From a virus, in the IMG/VR virus record IMGVR_UViG_3300045988_051055, positions 1-40,772 of that record: a stretch of 40,772 bases of DNA; one strand, given 5' to 3'. The translations under genes were made by a program, and so were the position numbers. Below, in pieces: positions 31,829 to 38,573 of the stretch. Below the pieces are notes generated by a model. It did not search any database, had not been told where the DNA came from, and was given only the letters and a program-made list of their open reading frames with translations. How positions within the stretch are numbered: the first letter of the stretch is position 1; each line of letters begins with the position of its first letter.

Positions 31829-33123
31829 GAGCGGCATTGTATATCCGCGTCTCGAGCGAAGAACAAGCGCGGCATGGCCTGTCCCTGCAAGAGCAGCGGG
31901 ACGCGCTAATGAGATATGCCAAAGCAAATAAAATGTTGGTGGTTGGCATATATGAGGACGCGGGTATATCCGCGCGAAAGCCGTATAAACAGCGTCCTGC
32001 GCTTCTGCGGCTGCTGGATGATTGCAAAGCGGGAAAGGTAGACACGATCCTATTTATCAAGCTTGACCGATGGTTTCGCAATGTCGCAGGGTACTACGAT
32101 GTGCAGACGCAGTTGGACAAATACGGCGTGACATGGCAGGCGACGGAAGAAGACTACGAGACGCGCACCGCGTCCGGGCGCTTAAAGGTAAACATCATGC
32201 TTTCCGTCGCGCAGGACGAGGCCGACCGCACAAGCGAGCGGATCAAATTTATCAACGACGGCAAGCGCGCAAAAGGCCAACCGGCAGGATCAAAAGCCCC
32301 TTTAGGGTATATTGTTAAGGACAGGCAATACCAGATTGATAACGATACGGCAGATGCCGCGCGAGATATGTTTGCGGCGTATATCAGACTGCAAAGCGTG
32401 CTGGGCGTAAAGAAGTATATGCTTGAGACGTGGGGGATTGACAGGGCGTATACCAAATATGTAAACTATTTCCGCAATCGCCTTTATATCGGCGAGGTGT
32501 ACGGCATCGAGAACGCTTGCCCCGCCCTGGTGAGCAAGCAGGATTTTGACATTGTAAATGATATTCTTCGCCAGCGGTCGCAGCGCTGCGCGGGAGTTGA
32601 GACAGATCGCGTTTATCTGTTTTCGGGGTTGCTGCATTGCAAAGAGTGTGGGAAAACGATGCAGTCGGAAACGGCAAAGCATATCTATACCTACTACCGA
32701 TGCCGGACGCGAATGCTTGACAACTCCGCGTGCCAGCATAAAAAGAGGATCCGCGAAGACGCGCTGGAAGATTACTTATTGCATGAGCTTGAAGGGATTG
32801 CCGAGCGAAACAATCGCTATTACAAAAAGGCAGAAAAAAAGCCCACGCAAAGCGCGGACGCGATACGAAAGAAAATGAGCAAGCTGAAAACGCTTTATCT
32901 GAATGATTTGATCGAGTTGGACGAATACAAGCGGGAGTATGCGAGCTTGAAGAAATCCCTTGAAGCGGTAGAGGAAAAGCCGAAGACAAACCTTGATGCG
33001 CTCCGAAATGGGCTTGCTGAATATGACACTTACTCCCGGGAAGAGAAAAAGGAATTTTGGACGCGCTTTATCCGGAGAATTGACGCAGATGACGACGGCG
33101 CGTTTTTTGTAACGCCACGTTAG
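31825..33123 (+). CDS. int: Large serine recombinase (phage integrase) (432 aa)
   Basis: MRAALYIRVSSEEQ catalytic Ser motif, a resolvase domain, then a recombinase/zinc-ribbon region (CKECGKTM...YYRC) and a coiled coil. GGAGGGGGG RBS. Confidence 0.92.
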   Translation: MRAALYIRVSSEEQARHGLSLQEQRDALMRYAKANKMLVVGIYEDAGISARKPYKQRPALLRLLDDCKAGKVDTILFIKLDRWFRNVAGYYDVQTQLDKYGVTWQATEEDYETRTASGRLKVNIMLSVAQDEADRTSERIKFINDGKRAKGQPAGSKAPLGYIVKDRQYQIDNDTADAARDMFAAYIRLQSVLGVKKYMLETWGIDRAYTKYVNYFRNRLYIGEVYGIENACPALVSKQDFDIVNDILRQRSQRCAGVETDRVYLFSGLLHCKECGKTMQSETAKHIYTYYRCRTRMLDNSACQHKKRIREDALEDYLLHELEGIAERNNRYYKKAEKKPTQSADAIRKKMSKLKTLYLNDLIELDEYKREYASLKKSLEAVEEKPKTNLDALRNGLAEYDTYSREEKKEFWTRFIRRIDADDDGAFFVTPR

Positions 33124-33127
33124 GCAT

Positions 33128-33156
33128 ATTTGCCCTTGGTGTTCCCAAAGGTAAAT
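33128..33156. other. attP candidate B: imperfect inverted repeat just after int
   Basis: ATTTGCCCTTGG-tgttc-CCAAAGGTAAAT (10/12 arm matches). Confidence 0.3.
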
Positions 33157-33171
33157 TTTGCCCAAAAGAAT

Positions 33172-33204
33172 CCCCCGCCTTACGACGGGGGTGTTCTTAT
33201 TTTT
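33172..33204. terminator. Bidirectional terminator between int and the convergent cassette
   Basis: CCCCCG-8 nt-CGGGGG, with T-rich tracts on both strands. Confidence 0.7.
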
Positions 33205-33532
33205 CGAGCTTCCGCATCACGCTGTTGTACACGCGCTCGTTTACGATTTTCAAGCTGTCCATCAGCTCGTCCATGATCTCCCACGCCTTGTCCGGTGAAA
33301 CATCTGCCACTGCGCGCAAAAAATCGCTGTCGCCGTAGCTGCCTACCGTTTCAGACGCATAGGTCTTGACCGGCGCCGGAGCTGCCGAATACAACATTGG
33401 CCTTTCCGGTTCTTTTGGCGCGTTTTGATTTTGGATGATGTACAGCGCCGCCAGCTTTTGATAATTGGGCCAGCTCGATTCCTCCGTCTCAAGCCGCGAT
33501 ATCCACAGATTGACCTCGTTTTCGTCGATCAA
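33197..33532 (-). CDS. Cassette protein 8, hypothetical (111 aa), TTG start
   Basis: AAGGGGGTG lies 7 nt upstream of the TTG. Last gene before the bidirectional terminator. Confidence 0.55.
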   Translation of the reverse strand: MIDENEVNLWISRLETEESSWPNYQKLAALYIIQNQNAPKEPERPMLYSAAPAPVKTYASETVGSYGDSDFLRAVADVSPDKAWEIMDELMDSLKIVNERVYNSVMRKLEK

Positions 33533-33547
33533 GGGGACGCACCCCCT

Positions 33548-33991
33548 TTATTCCTCCATCAGGCTCGCGGCACGACGCAGCGCTTCCTTTACGCGGTCGT
33601 CGTCCGTCTCGCGCATCATGTCGTTGATTTGCTCGCGCAGGTGCTCCATGCTGTCGGCGCGGCTGTAGTGCCCGCGGACGTAATGCGTGCCGCGGCGAGC
33701 ATAGGAGCTGCCCCTGCCGTAAGTGCCGCGCATATCGGCCTGCCAGTCGCCGCCGCGAGAATACTCACCGTCGCGGGAATAATCGCCATCGCGGGAATAG
33801 CGACGCGAATAGTCTCCGTCGCGAGAGTAACCGTCGTCCTCCATCATCTCGATCTTGTCGATGTTCTTGATGGTGTCGGTCAGCTTGTGCGCGATCTCAA
33901 GGTCGCCCGCGCCCAGGTCGCCCTTACGCGCCAGCTCGTCGAGTTCGTCGCACAGCATATTGCGAAGCTCGTACATTGCTTTCTTACTCAT
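33548..33991 (-). CDS. Cassette protein 7: helical protein with YSRDG-type repeats (147 aa)
   Basis: ATG at 33991 follows AAAGGAGAA. Repeat run is DGYSRDGDYSRRYSRDGDYSRDGEYSRGGD. Confidence 0.6.
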   Translation of the reverse strand: MSKKAMYELRNMLCDELDELARKGDLGAGDLEIAHKLTDTIKNIDKIEMMEDDGYSRDGDYSRRYSRDGDYSRDGEYSRGGDWQADMRGTYGRGSSYARRGTHYVRGHYSRADSMEHLREQINDMMRETDDDRVKEALRRAASLMEE

Positions 33992-34004
33992 GTCCATTCT
34001 CCTT

Positions 34005-34427
34005 TCACGCGATTCTCTCAACCGTCAGGTTCGAGTTGGCGAAGTTGACGGCCTGAGTGCTGGTGTTTTCCATTGCGACCGTCAGGCAGCAGCCTTTCGG
34101 GACGCAGACCTGTGCGGAAACATAAATGTTAAAGTAGTTTCCTACCGCCGCAGGCGTGACGGTAGCTGTTGCGCTGGTCAGCGGCTCTCCGTTGATGGCA
34201 AGCGCCGCCGTGATGGCCTCAACCGTGCCTCCGGTGGGAATAGCGATGTTGCCGCCATAGGAGACCCGAAACAGAGCGCGGTTTTGATTGGTGATGCCGC
34301 GCAGCGTGATCTGGCCGCTTCCTTCTCTATGCACGATACAGGGCTTGCTATTGACCGCCGTTTCGGTCAGGGGAACGTTCTGGCCAGCAGCAACGGTCTG
34401 AATTGCCGCAGAAGTAAATTCTGCCAT
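34005..34427 (-). CDS. Cassette protein 6: C1q/TNF-like (BclA C-terminal-domain-like) beta-sandwich candidate (140 aa)
   Basis: Sequence pattern QNVPLTETAVNS..I.HREGSGQITLRG....LFRVSYGGNIA...AITAALAINGEPL......NIYVSAQVCVPKGCCLTV.N.S...V.F.NSNLTVERI. Alternative ATG at 34436. Confidence 0.5.
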   Translation of the reverse strand: MAEFTSAAIQTVAAGQNVPLTETAVNSKPCIVHREGSGQITLRGITNQNRALFRVSYGGNIAIPTGGTVEAITAALAINGEPLTSATATVTPAAVGNYFNIYVSAQVCVPKGCCLTVAMENTSTQAVNFANSNLTVERIA

Positions 34428-34449
34428 TAAAATCATTCCTTTCTCAGTT

Positions 34450-34480
34450 AAAATAAGCGGCGGAGCTATTGCCCCGCCGC
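34450..34480 (-). terminator. Hairpin plus U-tract directly upstream of the cassette protein 6 RBS
   Basis: GCGGCGG-10 nt-CCGCCGC, followed on the minus strand by TTATTTT. Confidence 0.5.
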
Positions 34481-34511
34481 GTTGTTGTCAATATCGGCAC
34501 GGGGCCGAACA

Positions 34512-34531
34512 TTTTGTTGACGTCAACAAAA
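34512..34531. promoter_or_regulatory. 20-nt perfect palindrome TTTTGTTGACGTCAACAAAA
   Basis: Checked by eye. Intergenic position, with TTGAC in both orientations. Confidence 0.5.
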
Positions 34532-34563
34532 CATTGCCAACAAAAAGCTATGCTATGCAGTTG

Positions 34564-35298
34564 TCAGCAGCCGCAGCCCTGATTGCAGCCGCAGCCGCCG
34601 TAACCGCTGCCCGCCCACGGGTTACAGGTAATGTAGGCAGGCGAAGGGCACGGACGCAGCTGCGAGATCAGATAGTTGTTCTGCGCGGCCTGAGATGCCG
34701 CCAGTTTCAGATTCTGATTCTCGGTCTGGAGGTCGGACAGCTTGCTCTGCGTCAGGAAGTCGAGGATGGCGCGGCTGTTCTGGTTGTTCGCGTCAATGAT
34801 GTCGCGTGTGGCGTTCTGCACGGTGTTGCGCGTGTCGCACGCCTGCGCCGCCATGTCGTAGCGCACCTGGGCGATAGCTGCACGGTTTTCGCAGCAACAA
34901 TTAGCGGCCTGCATCTGCATGGCGTTGAGCTGCTGCATCAGCGCCGCCTGCTGGTTTGCGCGGGACAGCTCGGACTGTGCAAAGCCGTTTGCCATCGCCA
35001 TGTTGGTGCCGTTGACAAGCTGCGCCTGCTGGTAGAATCCGTCGCAAAGGCCCTGATTTACACTGTCGATCTTGCGCTCGACATTGGCAAAATCAGAGGT
35101 CAGCACATAGCCGTCGACCACGCCGCCGCTGTTGCCGTTGTTCCCCCAGCCGCCATTTCCCCAACCGAGAAATGCGAAAAGGAACAAGATAATAATAAAC
35201 CAGCTGCCTTCTCCGCCCCAGCCAAAGCCGCCGCCGTTGCTGGAATTTACGGGCGCAACAGGCATAGTGGCCTGAACGCCGCCGTCAGAAAGAGACAT
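34564..35298 (-). CDS. Cassette protein 5: Gly/Trp-rich single-TM protein with Gln/Asn-rich coiled coil and Cys-rich C-terminus (244 aa)
   Basis: AAAGGAG RBS. Segments: NGGGFGWGGEGSWFIIILFLFAFLGWGNGGWGNNGNSGG; ..AANCCCENR..; C-terminus CNPWAGSGYGGCGCNQGCGC. Confidence 0.65.
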   Translation of the reverse strand: MSLSDGGVQATMPVAPVNSSNGGGFGWGGEGSWFIIILFLFAFLGWGNGGWGNNGNSGGVVDGYVLTSDFANVERKIDSVNQGLCDGFYQQAQLVNGTNMAMANGFAQSELSRANQQAALMQQLNAMQMQAANCCCENRAAIAQVRYDMAAQACDTRNTVQNATRDIIDANNQNSRAILDFLTQSKLSDLQTENQNLKLAASQAAQNNYLISQLRPCPSPAYITCNPWAGSGYGGCGCNQGCGC

Positions 35299-35364
35299 AG
35301 TATCACTCCTTTGAAAAATTTTTATTCATCAAATCGTGGCCACGATGTTGATTTATGTTGATGA

Positions 35365-35583
35365 TTACTGCATTAGACTTTGAAACTGCTTCGCCATCTG
35401 TTGCAGCTGGTTCAACTGCTGCTGGTTCAGCCTACCGCTCTGCAAGAGCTTTTCGACCTCCGCTTTGGGGTCGCCATGAAAATTTGCCTTGAATTGCTGG
35501 AACTGCTGCATCATGCGCTGGAACTGGCCTACCGGTCCGGGCATTTGCCCGCCGCCAAGCGCGGTCATAAAGGGATTACTCAT
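35365..35583 (-). CDS. Cassette protein 4: small Gln-rich helical protein (72 aa)
   Basis: GAGGAGGA RBS, 8-nt overlap with the upstream gene. Sequence includes QFQRMMQQFQQFK...LNQQQLNQLQQMAKQFQSLMQ. Confidence 0.6.
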   Translation of the reverse strand: MSNPFMTALGGGQMPGPVGQFQRMMQQFQQFKANFHGDPKAEVEKLLQSGRLNQQQLNQLQQMAKQFQSLMQ

Positions 35584-36007
35584 CGTCCTCGTCCTCCTCG
35601 ACCTTGCGCTTCTTCTTGCCCTTTATTTCGCCCACAAGCGCCGCCAGACGGTCGAACTCCTCGCGTGTGACAAATTCCACTCCCGGCTTTTGCGACGCGT
35701 TAGAGGCCGTTTCTGTGCGCTCTACGAGGTCGTAAATCTTGAGCGTCGGTTTGCCGCTTGCGTCTGCCTGCTTGAGGTACACGGTGGGGGCGGTGGAATC
35801 CCACAACGCTACGGCAGAGTTGGGCGCGATCAGGTAGCCTCTCGCCTCCTGCTCGCTGCTCACCCATTGCACGCCGCCGGTCGCAACAGGATTTTGCGGC
35901 ACGGAAGGCGGAGCAGGCTGCATCATCTGCTGCTGCCGCATCTGCATGAGGTTATCCGGCATCGGCTGTGGATAATAAGGGTTTTGATAGTACGGATTAA
36001 AAGCCAT
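35576..36007 (-). CDS. Cassette protein 3: Pro/Tyr/Gln-rich N-terminus, beta-rich core, KKKRKVEEDEDDE tail (143 aa)
   Basis: ORF track. N-terminus MAFNPYYQNPYYPQPMPDNLMQMRQQQMMQ. Confidence 0.6.
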   Translation of the reverse strand: MAFNPYYQNPYYPQPMPDNLMQMRQQQMMQPAPPSVPQNPVATGGVQWVSSEQEARGYLIAPNSAVALWDSTAPTVYLKQADASGKPTLKIYDLVERTETASNASQKPGVEFVTREEFDRLAALVGEIKGKKKRKVEEDEDDE

Positions 36008-36008
36008 G

Positions 36009-36389
36009 TCATTCAGTCTCCTTTACCCAAAAATAAATCACAGTCTCATTGCTGCTGTCCCACGAGTCAAAGATCGTCCCGTCCTGCACGCACACCACAT
36101 GGCCGGACAGGGCTAAAATGTATGTGCCTGCCGGATGCTCGTCCGCAAACTGCCCGACGGTATAGCAAAGAGGACAGGTGTCCGGCACGATGTAGCGCCG
36201 ATAGCCGAGAGAGTGCAGATACGCGCCCCAGGTCGCATTGGCCGACGGCATGTCTCCGTCTAAGTAGCCTTGTATGGCGAGCGCGAGATACGTTTCGCCC
36301 CAGTCTTTTCCGGTCGCTTTGGAGATCGCCCGAACGGTGCAGTCGCCCACGTTCTTGCCATAAGGCGACGGGTTATAATAGCTATACAT
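36009..36389 (-). CDS. Cassette protein 2: putative papain-fold Cys/His peptidase-like protein (126 aa)
   Basis: NVGDCTVRAISKATG (candidate nucleophile Cys) and LALSGHVVCVQDGTIFDSWDS (candidate His/Asp). The function is inferred from this pattern only. Confidence 0.5.
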   Translation of the reverse strand: MYSYYNPSPYGKNVGDCTVRAISKATGKDWGETYLALAIQGYLDGDMPSANATWGAYLHSLGYRRYIVPDTCPLCYTVGQFADEHPAGTYILALSGHVVCVQDGTIFDSWDSSNETVIYFWVKETE

Positions 36390-36504
36390 GGAGCAGCTCC
36401 GCGAAGAAGACGTAGGTGCGCAGCTCGTCCGGCTCGGAGAACAGCACCAAAATATCCCTCGCCATCTGCTCGGTGAAGCCCAATGCCAAAAGCCGTTCGT
36501 ACAT
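36382..36504 (-). CDS. Cassette protein 1: micro-ORF (40 aa) MYERLLALGFTEQMARDILVLFSEPDELRTYVFFAELLHV
   Basis: AAGGAGGTG lies 6 nt upstream of ATG 36504. A 93-aa in-frame extension to 36663 is possible but would span a terminator hairpin. Confidence 0.45.
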   Translation of the reverse strand: MYERLLALGFTEQMARDILVLFSEPDELRTYVFFAELLHV

Positions 36505-36534
36505 ACAGCGCACCTCCTTTTCTGCCTCTATGGT

Positions 36535-36571
36535 ACAAGAAAACCCCTTTTCCAAAGTGCCGGGAAAGGGG
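36535..36571 (-). terminator. Leader terminator/attenuator ~30 nt before the cassette RBS
   Basis: Minus strand reads CCCCTTTCCC-ggcacttt-GGAAAAGGGG, followed by TTTTCTTGT. Confidence 0.6.
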
Positions 36572-36680
36572 ATGAAAAGTGTACGGCGAAATTCGTCGAA
36601 CGATTGCGCTTGCAAATTCTGACGGGATATGCTATTTTTGTCACGACGTGCTCCATGCGTCATTCATACCCCCCCATAAA

Positions 36681-36716
36681 GGAAAAGAGCCTCACCGTTT
36701 GGTGAAGCTCTTTTCC
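36681..36716 (-). terminator. Long stem-loop at the stop codon of the sigma-like gene
   Basis: GGAAAAGAGCCTCACC-gttt-GGTGAAGCTCTTTTCC (16 bp, 1 mismatch), followed on the minus strand by TTTATG. Confidence 0.55.
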
Positions 36717-36952
36717 TATTCAAAGACTTCCGATGCGATTTTGCGGTACGCCTTTCGGCGATACTTTTTGACCGTATCAGGCGACAGGTTCATTTCAAAT
36801 GCCACCTGTACGCAGGAGCGGCCCCGCACGTCGCACTCGACGAGGCACGCCATTTCGTCGGGCGGAAGCTCAAAAGACCGAATGTATGCCACGGCCCGCC
36901 GCGGGGCCATAGAGGATAATTTTGCGCGGATCGCTCGGTGCTGCTTGTCCAT
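36716..36952 (-). CDS. Small sigma-70 region-4-like HTH protein (78 aa; alternative GTG start at 36982)
   Basis: LPPDEMACLVECDVRGRSCVQVAFEMNLSPDTVKKYRRKAYRKI resembles sigma region 4 / LuxR-type HTH. No clear SD, so the start is uncertain. Confidence 0.55.
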   Translation of the reverse strand: MDKQHRAIRAKLSSMAPRRAVAYIRSFELPPDEMACLVECDVRGRSCVQVAFEMNLSPDTVKKYRRKAYRKIASEVFE

Positions 36953-37019
36953 GCTGTGCGCCGGGGCTTGCAGAGCGCTCACGCGAGGGGAGGCATGCCT
37001 CCCGCCCGTTTTCCTTTCG

Positions 37020-37682
37020 TTATTTTAGAATTTTTTCGAGATATGCGTAAACATATTCCCCCCACGCTCTTTGCGTCGCGGGGCCGAAGGAGTTATCCAC
37101 ATCCAGCTCATAGCCGCAAGCGTTAAGAAGCTCTTGCAGCTTGCCGACCGCCGCGCCCTTGTCGCCGCGCGTGAGCACGGTCTTGTCCGCTGGATATTTC
37201 GGCACGCCGAAGCCGCGGATATAGCGCCCGTTGATCTCCAGCGTCCGGTAGCCGCACTCATGCTTGCTGCCCTTGTTCCCCTCGAACACATTGACGCAGT
37301 TCCCGACCACGCGCGTCACGATGCCCGTGTGGTTGGGCGCGCCCGTGCAGTCCGTGAGGGCGTAGTCCTTGCGGTCGTTCCAATGGTAGAAGACCTGTTC
37401 GCCGATTTTGGGAACGTGTGCGTCGTCCTCGACCCATTGGCCGCGCGCCTGATACCACCGCATCTGCTCGCCGCAGCTGCACTCGATGGGGAGCACCTCT
37501 GTCAGGCCGCAGAGGATCGCCGCCGCGGACACCATCGCCGCGCAGTAGTCGTCCGAATAGGCGAGCTTGTAGCCGCGCGGGTGCGGGAGGTAGCTGTTGT
37601 AGGCGTCCACGATGCTTTTATGCACCGCATCGCCGCGTACAGCGCCGACCCAGCCCGTCATGGTCTCAAGAAATTTCTTCAT
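37020..37682 (-). CDS. Endolysin: CHAP/NlpC-P60-like catalytic domain plus PG_binding_1-like C-terminus (220 aa)
   Basis: DDYCAAMVS (Cys) and APNHTGIV (His). C-terminal LTRGDKGAAVGKLQELLNACGYELDVDNSFGPATQRA. Lies directly after the holin gene. Confidence 0.85.
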   Translation of the reverse strand: MKKFLETMTGWVGAVRGDAVHKSIVDAYNSYLPHPRGYKLAYSDDYCAAMVSAAAILCGLTEVLPIECSCGEQMRWYQARGQWVEDDAHVPKIGEQVFYHWNDRKDYALTDCTGAPNHTGIVTRVVGNCVNVFEGNKGSKHECGYRTLEINGRYIRGFGVPKYPADKTVLTRGDKGAAVGKLQELLNACGYELDVDNSFGPATQRAWGEYVYAYLEKILK

Positions 37683-37854
37683 TTTTGCGTTTCTCGGTCT
37701 GCGTGCCGAAGTAGAAGGCGATGATGGTCGTGAAGATCGTCAGAAACTCCGTCCCGCTGATGCTGCCGCGCAGGGCAAGCACCGAGAAAACCGCCGTGAG
37801 CACGATGGTCACGATGCTCTTGACTGTGAGAAGATTGGCAATTCGATTTTGCAT
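37666..37854 (-). CDS. Holin (62 aa, two TM segments, charged C-terminus)
   Basis: LLTVKSIVTIVLTAVFSVLAL and FLTIFTTIIAFYFG, followed by TQTEKRKNEEIS. AAAGGAGG RBS. Overlaps the endolysin start. Confidence 0.75.
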   Translation of the reverse strand: MQNRIANLLTVKSIVTIVLTAVFSVLALRGSISGTEFLTIFTTIIAFYFGTQTEKRKNEEIS

Positions 37855-37865
37855 TTCTGCCTCCT

Positions 37866-38573
37866 TTACAGAAACCGCACGGCGTAAAATTGCCGCGTCT
37901 GTGTGTTGATCTTGTTACACGCGCCGTTGATGGCGGCGACGTGCCCGCCGTCGAGCATGACGGCGTATTCCAGCTTGAGCTTGTCCCGACAAAAGGCGTT
38001 GACCTGCTGCGCGGTCATGTTCTTGCAGTACACGCCGTAGAGCAGCCCGCCCTTGTAGCCAAGGACGGTGTGGTTGGTCTTGCGCAGCACATCGGAGTAA
38101 GCGCCCACAAAGCCCTCCGCCGCGGGGGCATAGCGGTCAAGCAAGCCAAGCCCACCGACCGCCCACACGACGCCGCCCAGCGCCGCCGCCGAGGACACGC
38201 GGGCCATGCGCACCGCGCCGTCCGTGGTCTTGTAGAGCACGCTCTCGGGGCGAGGATAGTGACAGCTCATGCCGCGCACGACCTTGCCGCCGCGCACCAG
38301 GATGGAGCAGGGCTGCCCCTGCCAAGAAAAGCTCCCCGAGATGGCGTTTCTCGGCAGCGGCCCGCTCATGTTGACGGGCTCGATGTCCCGCGCGATAATG
38401 CAGGGCTGACCGTACAGCTCGACGTTAAGCGGGAAGCAGTCTGCGCCGAGCTTGGCCGCGATGTCGCTCAAGGTCTGGTTGCCGATCCAGCCGTTGTCCA
38501 GCGCCCCGACGGAGCGCTGGATGGCGCGGATCATGCGCACCTCTTCCGAGGTAGCGCCCTTGACGTCTCTCAT
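37866..38573 (-). CDS. Second wall-active enzyme candidate, phosphodiester-glycosidase (NAGPA/DUF2233)-like (235 aa)
   Basis: ATG at 38573 follows GGGAGGTAA. The C-terminal YAVMLDGGHVAAING resembles the LDGGGS motif of that family. Assignment is from memory. Confidence 0.55.
   Translation of the reverse strand: MRDVKGATSEEVRMIRAIQRSVGALDNGWIGNQTLSDIAAKLGADCFPLNVELYGQPCIIARDIEPVNMSGPLPRNAISGSFSWQGQPCSILVRGGKVVRGMSCHYPRPESVLYKTTDGAVRMARVSSAAALGGVVWAVGGLGLLDRYAPAAEGFVGAYSDVLRKTNHTVLGYKGGLLYGVYCKNMTAQQVNAFCRDKLKLEYAVMLDGGHVAAINGACNKINTQTRQFYAVRFL

Noticed and set aside
36382-36663. 93-aa version of the first cassette ORF, starting at ATG 36663.
   Set aside because: The extension would be translated through a terminator hairpin and has a poor composition. 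A strong AAGGAGGTG sits 6 nt before the internal ATG 36504. The 40-aa form is preferred, at low confidence.
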